Assembly: GCF_018977255.1 (NCBI RefSeq)
Contig: NW_024704742.1
Location: 70,248,001-70,312,000 of the forward strand
Origin: Callorhinchus milii
Lineage: Eukaryota
Direction: 5' to 3'
Length of the DNA stretch: 64,000 nt
Position 1 is the stretch's first letter; each line of letters begins with the position of its first letter. A model generated the notes under the pieces. It ran no database searches. It was not told the DNA's origin and saw only the letters and a program-made list of their open reading frames with translations. This document shows, one piece after another, positions 1-13,460 of the stretch. The translations under genes were made by a program, and so were the position numbers.

Positions 1-1444
1 TCATTAGTTGATTGGCGGATCACTTTCCGACAGTAATAATCCCTTTAAAATTAATAATAATAATAAATTGGTCACTCAATTCATAACTGTTTGTGGGACA
101 CATTGCTGTGCGCAATTTGTTTGTCGGGTTTCGCCCACAAAATATACTGTCAATCCAAACTACAGTATATTCTGTGAAGCACTTTGCAAGTCTCAACGAC
201 GCAATTAGGCACACTATCAAGTGCAAGGATTATTATAATAAAACAAAAGTTGTTAAGCCAGCCCTCTGTGATGGAGTCCAGACTTGGTTCATGAGCTAGG
301 TAGGTCCACAATATTCTAGGGCACTGCTGATGACAACACAACTCAGCCTGGCTCATTGATAGGACCTGGAAATGCAGAGCAGTCACTGGGGGCAGAGAAT
401 CCTCCCATTAAGCTCTTGTTAACACTGCAAGCCAAAGCCCTAACAGGTAGGGAGGACCTACAAAATACACAGTCAATACACTTTCAGTATAATAATAATA
501 ATCCTTGCATTTGGTATAAGTGCCTTATCACGTCTCAAAGTGCTTCACAGAATATACTGGAAAGTGAATCAACTATATTTTCTGGGCTAAACAATGTAAA
601 CAGTCAATTCATAGTATGCGGTATATCTGGTGAAGCGCTCTGAGACATCTCAACAACGTGATAAGGCTGTATTATTATATCAAATAGATTATTCATTTAA
701 TAACAGCAGAGTTGCATTCTGCGGATGTGTGCGGAGTTCCAGGATTCGAGTTTCATAGCAAAAACCACAAACCAAGAGCTGGACACAGATAATTGCTTGT
801 TATGCAACACAGTCACCCAGAAAAATCAGGTGATTCCTGGCCCCAGAGTAGACCCGATCTTGTCAGCTCAATCTGTGTGTGCCAGACTGCAGTTAGGAAA
901 CATGCAAGAGTAGATAGGGGTAGAAATCTTGTGACTTACTGTAGTTTTTAGAAAAACGGCCCATGTGCCTGCCTACTGACTGACTAAAGGAAACCCCAAT
1001 CGGCTAGCCCTACTGTTGTCGCTCGTATCTCAATAGACTCGTCAGGAGCTGGGAGAAATTCAACCTCCCTCAGATTCCACAGCAGGTCTGAACTGGCAGA
1101 ATTGTTGAATCTTATCAGTAACAATAAATAATCCTTTCAATCAATCCATATCACATCATCAATGACATCATCGCGATGCCTCCAACTCGCTTCACAGGAT
1201 TTTAATAATAATCATCCTTGCATTTGATACAATGCTTTATCAGGTCGTTGAGACATATCAAAACACTTCACAAGATATACTGTGAAGTGGAGTGACTGTG
1301 TACTTCTGTGGGCGAAACGAGGCAGCCAGCAGTGTCCCACAAACAGTTGTGGATTGAGTGGTCACATTTTTTTGAGGGATTATTACCTTTGGTAAGTGAT
1401 CAGCCAATCGACTAACAACCGGGTTCCTACTTACTGCTAGGTAA

Positions 1445-1785
1445 ACAACAACAACTTGCATTTATATAGCGCATCCATGCTGGGTAGTGTCTCGGAGCAC
1501 TTAACAGTGGCAGAGCCTGACTCCATGCTGGGGGGAAGGTGGGAGGTGAACCTAAGCATGATTGAAAAGGAAAGTTTTCAGGCGGGTCTTGAAAAAAGGG
1601 GAGAGAGGACGCAAGGCGGAGGGATTGAGGGAGAGTATTCCAGAGTTTCGGGATGTAGTAGCTAAAAGCGTGAACTCCAATGGTTGAGCGAAGGGTGTGA
1701 GGGACGAGCAGGAAGCTGGTGTCAGTTGAGTGGAGGTGCCGGGTGGTGGATTGGTGAGGAGGTCAGAGAGGTAGGGAGGCATGTG
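1445..1785 (-). mobile_element. L2 3' fragment
   Basis: PPYLSDLL...FKTRLKTFLF peptide and (TTG)n tail. Confidence 0.75.
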
Positions 1786-1980
1786 GAGTAAGGAAACTTG
1801 CCTAAGGTTTTGGCCTGCCCAGGAATCAAACTCGGTTCTATTGCTTGCGAGGCAAGCGCACTAACCATTGTACCACAGGATTCCTATACTCAGATACACT
1901 GTCATCACTCTTTGTACACATACTGTTATCAACCTGCATCACTCTGTGTGAATCCCTGACCTGCTGCTGATGGCCAGCCC

Positions 1981-2230
1981 GGTGATGGTGGTGGGTGGCC
2001 TGGTGATGGTGGTGGGTGGTCTGGTGATGGTGGTAGGTGGCCTGGTGATGGTGGTGGGTGTCCTGGTGATGGTGATGGGTGGCCTGGTGATGGTGGTGGG
2101 TGGCTTGGTGGTGGTGGTGGGTGGGTGGCTTGGTGGTGGTGGTGGTGGGTGTCCTGGTGATGGTGGTGAGGGGCCTGGTGATGGTGGTGGGTGACACAGT
2201 GATGGTGGTGGTTGACCCAGTGATGGTTGT
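1981..2230. repeat. 21-bp G-rich minisatellite (GGTGATGGTGGTGGGTGGCCT)n, ~11-12 units
   Basis: Tandem units visible directly; they explain the low-complexity ORFs on both strands. Confidence 0.9.
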
Positions 2231-4780
2231 GGTTGGGGGGGGCATCTCTGAATCCTTCTTGTTTTCACATTGCTTGCAAGGTGAACACACTAACCATTAT
2301 ACTATGGGCTCCACACATTTTAATGCACAGTGTAGTGACTGTGTGTTTTGTTGTCGAATGCAGCAACCAGTCTCAACAAAAGCTTGCATTTTCATGGCAT
2401 CTTTCAAGTGGTGAAACATTCAGTCATGTTGGGAGGAGGATCGCGGAGGTAAGCGGGGTCTCCTCGGGGCTGACCTAACTTCAAGGTGACAAGCTTGGTA
2501 AAGTAATGTCGGAATCAAGCCTCTGTGACAGTCTCTAGGTCAGTTCCTGAGCCAGGCAGGCCCACAGTATTCCATGGCACTGCTGATAACAGCACAGCCC
2601 AGCCTGGCTCATTGGCAGAACCTGGAAGGGAAGACCTGTCAATGGGTCAAGGAATCCTCCCACTCAACTCCCGTTAATTCTGCAAGCCAAAGCCCTGATG
2701 GGTAGGATGGTCCTAGCTGCATAGTTAGCTGGAAAGCTTGCCAGATAGTGCTCTCAATAGCAAGCTATGTAGTTTTAGCTGGTTAGATTCCAGCAGTTAC
2801 CCTAAGACACACTCTGGGGTCCCCAAGTCTTGGCTCTTGCCAATCTAATATTCTCAGGAATTAGGTAAGCAGGGTGCATCCCTTTAGGAAGGGAGAGAGT
2901 CCGCATTCAATTCCAGACACAGGAAAATTTCCAGTGTTGGTGGCAGAGATGTGTGAAACTCTGTTTGATCTGGATACTCTTTAGCACAGTGATGGGTGTC
3001 TCAGGCTGACCTAAATGTAGTTGATTACATTTGATTGCTGAGATGGAGTGGAGCCTGAGTGGACCTATGGGGAGGATAAGGAAGAGGGGAGGTAAGGAGG
3101 ATGGAGTAGGTTGATGACAAAATTGAGCAGTCAAAGAGATAGATTTTTATTATGTGACTTGATTTGATTGTGATGAGTTTAGTAGGTGACAAATTAACTG
3201 AGAAGAGAATCACTTTGCTGTGTATATAATAACAAGCCTTGGATTTGAGATAGTGCTTTATCGCATCGTCGGGACATCTCAAAGCACTTCACAGGATTTT
3301 TCTGTGAATCACAGAATCCTAGAGTCTCCTTGGAACTGGTCTCAATGGAAATCTATGCGGTATTAGCTGGTTAGACTCCAGCAGTTACCCCAACACACAC
3401 TCTGGGGTCCCCAAGCCTTGGTTGCTGCCTAATACTTTCCGGAATTAGGTAAACAGGATGTGTCCCTTCTGGGAGAGAGCGCACATTCCATTCCAAAAAT
3501 CTATCTCTGGGATTTCTCTGTTTAGGTGGGATGCATGGAAATCTCAGTTTGGTTTGGATAGTCTTAAGCATGGTGATGGGTTTCTGCATGTGTCAGACAC
3601 CCTGCTGACCAAAATTTTTTTTTGCCATTTATAGGGCAGAAGGAGGCCATTCAGCTTATGGAGTCTGCACTGGCACTCAGAGCCTTATCCCTGCATCCCT
3701 TCAAGCTTCCAACTTTCACAGACCTATCTACTTCCCTCTTGAAACTGACAATAAACTCTGCCTTCACCCCCTTTCTTCACAGAAACCTATTCTGTGTGAA
3801 ACCTATTCTTCAGAGTTCTCCTTTCGCTCTTCTTGTGGTTAAATGTAGTGACTGTGTGTTTTGTAAGTGAAGTATAAGGCTTGTGAATGGTGTGTAGTGT
3901 GAATATCATAGAGTTTCAAGTTCCCAAGTTTTGGGCTCCCAATTTACCACACCAGCCTACAGCCTGGCTCAGTCGGTAGCACTCTCATCTCTTGGTCAGA
4001 AAATTGTGGGTTCAAGCCCCCATAATAATAATAATAATAATCCTTGCATTTGATATAGCGCTTTTCATGTCAGGAGGACATCCCAAAGCGCTTCACAGAA
4101 CACACTGTAAAGTGAATTGACTGTATATTTGTGGGCGAACGCGGCAGCCAATTGCGCACAGCAATGTCCCACAAACAGTCATGGATTGAAAATGACCAAT
4201 TTATTATTGTTTTGTTTTTTTGGAGGGATTATTATTAGGCTCTGTGTGGAGTAAGGAAACTTGCCCAAGGTTTCGCTCTGCCTGGAATTGAACTCAGGTC
4301 TCTCACTTGCAAAGCGAGTGCTCTAACCACTGAGCTACAGGACTCCACTCCATGTCAGGGCCTTTGAGCTCACAGTCAAGGCTGATGCTCCAGTTCAGTG
4401 CTGGGTATAGCATTGAATTGTTGGAAACGTGTCCTTTGGATGAGACATCAAACTGAGGTTGTAACGGTGCCATTGGAAGAGAGAACAGAGTCTCTCTCTT
4501 CCAGTGTCCTGGGCAATAATCCCCCAGATAAAATTTGTTACTCACTTCGGGCAGCCGGGTGCTGGATGAGGACAAGAGGCAACCCACCCCCCTTCCTGGT
4601 TACCCTGGTTCCGGTTGTTATTCCCCTCTGGGTAACAGTGACAATTGTTACAACTGATATAGCGCCCTTCAAGTTGGGAGGGTGTCTCAAAAGCACCACA
4701 TAGGACTTTAGTGTGAAGAGTAGTGACTGGGTATGGAAACACTTCCTGAAGTGTCTGTCCTGCAATTGCCCTTCAGCTCC

Positions 4781-4845
4781 CACCTCACTTCACCCTCACC
4801 TCACCTCACCTCAATCTCACTTCACCCTCACCTCACTCTCACCAC
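4781..4845. repeat. (CACCT/CACTT)n simple repeat
   Basis: Direct inspection. Confidence 0.8.
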
Positions 4846-6844
4846 TACGTAAACCACTACGTTACCGGACTCCATAAAATGAACATTCTCACAGGCTGAG
4901 ACCAGGCGGAATTTCAGGCCCCTTAGCTTGCAATTGGAATTTTTTCTGGGTGGGTGGTGGTTGCATCGAGTTGCCTTTGAGTAGAGCCATGCTTTGCTCC
5001 CCATGAATATCCTTGAAATCTGTTACTTAGAATTCTGTTAGGTCATCGCTTCTATTGATTGCCTAAAGAAACCAAAATTAAATCTGTGACACTGGGGGAA
5101 GTAGGTCTGTTTCGCTTCGAGGAATCCAAGAGGGTTTTGAAATTCCTGCTTTCATCACGCAATTAAACTCTTCACCTCCAACTGGTGAACCATCACTGAA
5201 TGGGAAGGGGCGTGTGTCTGAGCTGCGGACAGGAAGATGGTGTCAATGCTCTCACGCATTTAATGCTGAGTTGTGTTGCCCACCAGGAAAACAACAACAA
5301 ATTACATGTGTATAGCGGCTTTCACGTCGGGAAGACATTCCAAAGCGTTAGGACAGTCAAGGATGTGCACCTAAGCTGGGAATTGTTATCAGGAGGGGTG
5401 GAGGCCAGGAAGTGTGGGGGTAGGAGGGTGACCAAAGGCATGGTTGAACAGGAAGGTTTTGAGATGGCCCTCGAAGATGGTACGAGGTGGAGGGGCAAGG
5501 TGAAAAGGATTGTGGGATGGAATTCCACAGGGTGGGGGCAGAGAGGTTGATGGCACGACCGCCAATGGTGGGGTGGACAAGGGGAGGTTTATAATAATAA
5601 TAATAATCCTTGCATTTGATGTAGCGCTTTTCACGTCGGGAGGACGTCCCAAAGCGCTTCACAGAACACACTGTAAAGTGAATTGACTGTATATATGTGG
5701 GCGAACGCGGCAGCCAATTGCGCACAGCAATGTCCCACAAACAGTCATAGATTGAAAATGACCCAATTTATTATTATTTTTAGTTTTGGAGGGATTATTA
5801 TTAGGCTCTGTGTGGAGTAAGGAAACTTGCCCAAGGTTTCGCCCTGACCTGCCTGGAATTGAACTCGGGTCTCTCGCTTGCAAAGTGAGTGCTCTAACCA
5901 CTGAGCTACAGGACTCCAGGACTCCAGGTTTGGGGCCATGAAGCAGGCCGGAGCGGACAGGTTGATATGGGTTAGTAGATCACACAGGTAGGGAGGAGGA
6001 AGGTCGTGGAAAGTTTTGAAACCAAAGATGAGGATTTTGAACTCTATCCTCTGGGGGATTTGGAGCCAGTGGAGTCGGGCGAGAGTGGGGTTGATAGGGA
6101 GCCTAGTACACTGGAGGGCATGAGCTGCAGAGTTCTGGGTGATCTGCGTCCTGTGGAGGGAAGAGTTGGGGAGGCCGACAAGTAGGAAGTTAGCATAATC
6201 GAGCCTGGACGTGATGAATGTCAGACTCCTCTACTGTGAAGCGCTCTGAGATGCTACCCCGCGTGAAAGCTGCTGTATAAATGCAATTTGTTGTTGTTGA
6301 ATGAGTAGATTAGCTCGCAGAGAGTTCCTGGTGCCTACTACCCACCTAGTAAGGACCCAAGCCCACGTTTGTCGATGTCAATTAACAACTAGTGGGGGAA
6401 GTTCCAAGGTAACATATTTGGCAACAGAATGTCAGAATTGACATTAGTCTAGTCCAGTTCCTGTGCGTGTTCTGTGGTGGGCATCCAGTCTTAGGATATA
6501 TATAGCAGCTTTGGAGATTGTCCAGGTGGTGGATCCACAGTACTCCAAGGTACTGCTGATGACAGCACAGCCCAGCCTGGCTCATGGGCAGGAAATGAGA
6601 GGGCAGATCAGTCAGTGGGGGCAAGGAATCCTTCCACTCAGCTCCTGTAAACCCTGCAAGCCAAAGCCCTAATAGGTAGGGTGGTCCTAGCTGGACAAGC
6701 AGGGGGAAACTTTGCCAGACCGCGATATCAATGGCAAGCTATGCGGGTTTAGCTGGTTAGACTCCAGCAGTTATCCTAATGCACACTCTGGGGTCCCCAA
6801 GCCTTGGCTCTTGCCAACCTGTGCCTCATACTCACCAGAATTAA

Positions 6845-7440
6845 GTAACAACAGCAACCACAAAAATTACATTTGTAAAGCGCCTTTCACGTTGGGAGGA
6901 CATCCCGAGGCACTGGACAGTCAGAGTTTCGGACCTGAGTTGGGGGTCGGAATTGGGGAGGGTGGACGGCAGAGGGGTAAGCAGGGTGATCGAAAGCTCG
7001 GTCAAAGAGGAGGGTGTTGAGATGGGTTTTGAAGGAGGCAAAAGCAGGCGGTGAGGTGGAGGGACTGGGGATGGAGTTCCAGAGACAGTGACGGAGCTGG
7101 GCGATGTTGCGGAGGTGGGGGAAGGCAGAGCGGGTCATGGCACGGATGTGAGGTAGAAAGAATAGTTGAGGGTCAAACAAGATGTCAAGCTTCCGGACTG
7201 GCTTAATCAGGAGTCATGTGTATTCATGGACGGTGATGCTGTCAGTGCCTGAGGTGTGGAGGCGCTGACGGGAGCCGATCAGGAGAGCCTCGGTCTTGTT
7301 GATGTTCAACTGCAGGAAGTTCGCTCTCATCCAGGACTTGATGTCTGACAGATATTCTGTCAGGACAGCAGTGGTCCTGGAGTCGAGGGTGGAGGCAGAG
7401 AGGTAGAGTTGGGTGTCTTCCGCATACATGTGGAAGTTGA
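6845..7440 (-). mobile_element. L2 fragment nested inside a ~620-nt element copy
   Basis: YAEDTQLYLS peptide. Host element sequence is present on both sides (6390-6845 and 7445-7515). Confidence 0.8.
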
Positions 7441-10400
7441 ACGCTTACTTTGGTTTGGATACTGTGAAACATGGGGAAACCCATCACCATGCTTGGACAC
7501 CCAACTGACCAAAACAAATATATTTATTCATGTCTATCCCAAAATTTCCCTTTAGACCCCTGAACCTTTCTCTTGTTGGTTCGTTGTCTAGATGCATCAA
7601 TGCTCCCTCCACCTCCCATGGCACTTAATTTTTAATAATTAAAATTAACACAAACTCCCTCATGGGATTTAAACTCATGATCTTTGCTGATTCATTACCG
7701 CATCTACAATCAGCCTGTCTAGTTAAGATTAGAGTCACGCAATTCATAATTATAATCCTTGCATCTGATACAGCGCTTTATCACCTCTCAGTCATCTCAA
7801 AGAGCTTCACAGGAATATAACGTATAATTCAATGACCGTGTACTTTGTCGGTCAATACAGCAGACACAGGAACATCCCACAACCAGCTATGAAGTGAGTA
7901 ACTGATTTTTATCTGGAGGAGTGTTCGCCGGGACAGCGGGAGAGAGAAACTACCTACTCTTTTAAAGTAGCGCCATGTGATCTGTAACCTCTACCTGTGC
8001 GGGGCACAGGCGGGGAGCTCAGTTTAACTTCTCATCCGAAAGACAGCGCTGCCGACAATGTGGCGTTCCTCCCCCAGGACTGCACCGGAGCATCAGCCTA
8101 GACTGTGAGCTTAATGTCCCGTCGTGTGGGGGATTGAACCCACAACCTTCTGGCTCAGAGGCGAGAGCACTCCCCACTGAGCCAGGCTGACAATGGCAAA
8201 TCCTGGACCTTAGTGGTTAGAGCAGGGCGAAACGTTAGGCAAGCTTCCTTCCTCTATTTAACTAGCAGTAAGTAAGAACCCGGTTGTCAATTGGTGGATT
8301 GCTTTTTCTGTCACGACAGAATATATTGTAAATTGAATTGACTGTACATTTTGTGGGCAAAACTCGGCAGCCAAATGCGTACAGCAGTGTCCCACAAACA
8401 GTCGTGGATTGAGTGACCAAATTATTATTTTTTTTGAAGGGATTATTAATCCCGGACAAGCAATCCGCCAATCAACTAACAACCGGGTTCCTACTTACTG
8501 CTAGGTAAACAGAGGCGTGTGGAGTAAGGAAACTTGCCCAATGTTTTGCCCTGCCGGGAATCAAACCCAGATCCTCTCATTTGCAAGGCAAGTGCTCTAA
8601 CCACTAAGCCACAGGACTCGATATAGTAATAAGATGGTATATCAAATGCAAGGATTATTATATTATTATAAATCAAGTAATCGTTTTCAGTGGAGGCCCC
8701 AGCTAAGTGGGAAATGGGTCACACAGACCCAGACTGTGAAATTCCTACCCCCAGCCTTCCTTTCCTAGTATAATTTAAAGGTTGTTAAAAACCCAATCTT
8801 GACGTCACCTGACCCAAACTTCTGCATTCACCTAGTTTTGCTTCTCAAAACCATTCCCTTTGGATCTCAGTCAAAGACAAGAGCAGTATCATTTTAATCC
8901 CAGTGGCCTACACAGTGTTGAATTTTCAGTTTTAGGTTCCTCACCTATAATATAATAATAATCCTTGCATTTGATATAATGTCTTATCACACTGTTGAGA
9001 CGTCTCAAAGAGCTTCACAGAATTTACTGTAAAGTGAATTGACTGTGTATTTTGTGGGCGAAACACAGCAGCCAATTGCATACAGCAATGTCCCAAAAAC
9101 AGCTATGAAGTGAGTGACCGATTTTATCTGGGAGATTGTCAGCAGGGGAGAGAAACTGCCTTCTCTAGTCGATTAGCGCTGTGGGATCTTTAACATCTAC
9201 CTGAATAGGCACAAATATGGTTAATGTCTCATCTTGTGACAATGAGGGGCGACCTTGGCACTGCACTGGAGCTTCAGCCTAGAATGTCAAAGCTCAAGTC
9301 CTGGCTGGAGGGGAAAGGTGGCTTGGAACCTACAGTCTTCTGATTCGGGTGAGAGTGCTGCTGACTGAGCCACAGACTGATACAGCGTTCCTGTTAACAC
9401 TGTGAGGAATCATCCTGTGGTATCCTCTAGTGTAGTATAGTGTGGTTAGCACTACACACGCCTCTGTTTACCTAGCAGTAAGTAGGAACTGGCTTGTTAG
9501 TCGATTGGCGGATCGCTTCATGGGGGTAAAAATCCCTTAAAACAAAAATAATAATGTGGTCACTCAATCGATGACTGTTTGTGGGACACTGCTGTCGCAA
9601 TTGGCTGCCGTGCTTCGCCCATAAAATATACAATCAATTCAGTTTACAGCATATTCTGTGAAGCGCTTTCAGCCGTCACAATGATGTGATAAGGCGCTAT
9701 ATCAAATGCAAGGACTATTATTATAGATATCATGCTGCCCTGTAAGGTTCAGTAATGCTGTCGTAGACCTGGCAAGAAATGAAGGTTTGCATCACCACTG
9801 CAGTTAGTCAATAATTTATTTAATAGAAATGCAGTTGACCTGGATATGAATCACAACACAATGCTTCGATTTTATGGGAATCATAATAATCGCAGATTAT
9901 TAAGTAAAATCGTAATAATGAGACCTTAACCAAGACCGTATCTGTTCAAAACTGTATGTTTTGTGGTGAATGCGGCAGCCAATTTTCACACAACGTCCCG
10001 CAAACAGCCGTGAAGTGGGGGATTGTCAACCAGGACAACGGGAGAGAGAAACTCCCTTCTCTTTTTGAACAGCTCATTTTCGTGCCGTGTGGATTTATTA
10101 TTGAATAATTAATTTAATGATAATCTTGCCATTTGATTTAACACCTGTGACGTTAAAATATCTCACAGCGCTTTGCTGGGAATTGCTACTCCATGTCAAC
10201 ATATAATATTAAATAATAAATTGACATGCTGGTGTGTATAATAATTAATAATAATAAATAAATGTGTAGGTGGGATGCATGAAATTCTCAATGTGGTTTG
10301 GATACTCTTAAGCATGGTGATGGGTTTCCACATGCGTTAGACATCTGGCTGACCAAAAGATATGCTCGTGAAGAAGGATCCTGGTTCTCACCTTCAAATC

Positions 10401-11250
10401 CCTCCACGTTCTTGCACCATCCTATCTCTGCGATCTCCTTCAACCGTCCCGACCCACCTGCTCCCTTCACTCAGCGAGCACTGACCTGCTTATTGCCCCC
10501 CACCTGTCCCACCCCACCATTAGGTTTTCAGCCTTTCTTATCCAGCTCTCTGGAACTCTGTCCCAGAAACCTTTCGACTCACTCGTTCAAGGTCTAACTC
10601 TTTGACCGCACATTGGGTGATCTTCTTCCCCATGCAAGAGGACCTGGGTGTGATTCCCGGGCAGGCTGAAACCTTAGGCAAGTTTTCTTACTCCACTCGC
10701 CTCTGTTTACCTAACAGTAAGTAGAAACCCGGTTGTTAGTCGATTGGTGGTCGCTTTCCAGGGGTAACAATTCTTTAAAAAATAACTATAATTTGGTCAC
10801 TCAATCCATGACTGTTTGTGGTGTTTTGTCCACAAAATACAGTCAATCCACTTTACGGTATATTGTGTGAAGCGCTTTGGGACGTCTCAGCGACGGGATG
10901 AGGTGCTAAATCAAATCTAAGATTATTATTATTGTTTCCCTCCCCTACCCCTAGTTCAGGTGCCCAGCCAGCAGTATCAACAGCAACAACAAAATGACAT
11001 TTGTATCAAGTGCTTTGATACAATGCAGAGCAACGTGACAGGAACTGGGGGCTTTCTGTGTGCTTGAGCAGCGTGGAATCTCTCTGCGGAAGGTGAAAGA
11101 GGAAGCTGCTGTTGGTGCAGTGAGAAGCGAGAGGACAAGGATGAGCCAAGCTCTGCGTTTAGCTCTCGAAAGTATTGCAAATGTCATTTTGATGATGTCT
11201 TGACACGTGAGTTATCACATCTGTTTAACAAAAGAACTAAAAAGAACTTA

Positions 11251-11960
11251 ACAACAACAACAAGATTCCATTTATAGAGCGCCTTTCACGTTGGGAGGAC
11301 GTCCCAAGGCACTCTACAGTTGGGTCAGGACCCGAGCCTTGGGGGNAAAATGGTCAGGGTGAGCGGAGGGAGCGGGGAGGGGGAAATGGTCAGGGTGAGG
11401 GGAGGGAAGGGAGGGAGCGAGGAGGGGGTAGAGAGTCGAGAGGGGAGCTGAAGGCTCGGTCAAAGAGAAAGGTCTTGAGACCGGCCTTGAAGGAGGAGAG
11501 GGAGGAAGCAGCGAAGGCACTGGGGATAGAGTTCCAGAGCCTCGGGGCTGAGAGGCTGAAGGCTCGGCCACCGATGGTAGGGCGGTTGGGGCGGGGGATG
11601 TGGAGCAGACCGGAGCCAGAGGAACGGGGGTACGGGCAGGTAAGTAGGGGGATAGTAGGTCAGAGAGGTAGGAGGGAGTAGGCCGTGAATGGCCTTGTAG
11701 GTGAGGATCTTGAATTCGATCCTCTGGGAGATGGGGAGCCAGTGGAGGCGAGCGAGGGTGGGAGTGATGTGGTCCCGAAGCCTGGTGCGGGACAGTACAC
11801 GAGCTGCAGAGTTCTGAATGACCTGCAGTGTGGAGGGAGGTGACGGGAAGGCCGGCGAGGAGAGAGTTCCCATAGTCCAGCCTTGAGGTGATAAAGGCGT
11901 GGACCAGAGTTTCAACCGCGTGAGGGGTGAGGTAGTGCCGTAGTCTGGCGATGTTTCGGA
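11251..11960 (-). mobile_element. Young L2 3' fragment
   Basis: [23 protein letters not shown] peptide and (TTG)n tail. Nearly identical to the copies at 18190, 25256 and 30064. Confidence 0.88.
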
Positions 11961-12439
11961 TTTCCTACGTGTTATTTCCTACGTGTTACTTCTTGCTTCA
12001 CTCTGTCTCTGCTTCCTTCCTGACATCAATCCTTCATCTCCTCTTTAAGCATCTTACCACATCCTGCCCACTCTGGAATGAATCTATCTAGCTTCCTACT
12101 CCGCCTTAAGCATCTCCTTTTTCCCTGGAGACATTAAAGTGTCAGCCTGGCTCAGGCATTTAGCTCTCTGCCTCGACTGTGAATCAGAAGGTTGTGGATT
12201 CGAGTCCCCACATTGAATTCAATTGAATTCAATTCGCCCACAAAATACACAGTGAATTCACTTTACAGTATATTCTGTGAAATGCTTTGAGATGTCTCAA
12301 TAACCTGTTAAGACAATATATCAATAATAATAATAATAATAATAATCCTTGCATTTGATATAGCGCTTTTCACGTCAGGAGGACGTCCCAAAGCGCTTCA
12401 CAGAAAACACCAGGATTACATTATATATAGTCATACCAT

Positions 12440-13460
12440 AACATGTAGGAGCAGGAGTAGACCATTTGGCCCTTCGACCCTGCCCCGCCATTCAATGATG
12501 GCTGATCTTCTAATCTAACTCCAGCTAATAACCTGACCCTGCCTTATCCCCATATCTCTTAAATCTTATGTATCTCAGTCTTGAATATGTTCAAGGACTG
12601 AGCGTCAACAGCCCTTTGGGGTAGTGAGTTCCATACACTCACCACCCTTTGAGTGAAGAAGTTCTTCCTCAACTCAGTGCGAAAGGGCTGCCTCTGATTT
12701 TAAGGTTGTAACCCCTGGTTTTAGTTTCTCCAACCAGGGGAAACAATCTCCCACTATCTACTCTATCATGCCCGTTGATGATCTTATAGATTTCTACAAG
12801 ATCCCCTCTAATTCTAGAGAATATAGGCCCAAATTGGTCAGCCTATCCTCGTAACTCATCCCCTTCATCCCTGGCACTAACCAAGTAAATCTACGCTGCA
12901 GCCCCTCCAAGGCAAGTACATCCTTCCTTAAATAAGGAGACCAAAACTGCACACAGTATTCCAGGTGTGGTCTCACCAGGGCCCTATACAGTTGCAGCAA
13001 GACTTCCCTACTCTTATACTCTAATCCTTTCATAATGAATGCTAACATACCGTTCGCCTTCCTAATTGCTGCTGCACCCGCAGACTAACTCTCTGTGATT
13101 GGTGTACAAGGACATCCGAGTCCCTCTGGACGCTAACACATTCCAATCTCTCCCCTTCTAAAAAATAACCCGCTCTACTGTTTTTGCTACCGTAGGTGGA
13201 TGGCTTCACACTTTCCTACATTATACTTCATCTGCCACCTACCTGCCCAATCACCTAACCTATCTATCTCTCGCTGCATTTTTTTAATGTCGTCCTCTGT
13301 GTTGACACTTCCTCCTAGTTTTGTGTCATCCGTGAATTTAGATATATTAACTTCGATGTTCTCATCTGGATCGTTGATGTAGGTGGTAAATAGCTGAGGC
13401 CCAAGGACTGATCCTTGTGGCACTCCACTAGTCACATCCTGCCAATCCGAAAATGTCCAT
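12440..13460 (-). mobile_element. CR1 LINE 3' fragment
   Basis: SGVPQGSVLGPQLF, DDTKLGG and LVRPHLEYCVQFWSP peptides followed by CR1-type 3'UTR. Confidence 0.9.

Noticed and set aside
300..395. CTGATGA in the 620-nt element as a hammerhead ribozyme or C/D box
   Set aside because: In most copies it sits in a TGCTG-ATGA-CAGCA hairpin. The downstream GAAA is GAAG in most copies, and no NUH site is positioned before a stem I partner.
1838..2414. His/Thr/Pro- and Val/Gly-rich ORFs
   Set aside because: Translations of the 21-bp minisatellite, with no splice or homology support.
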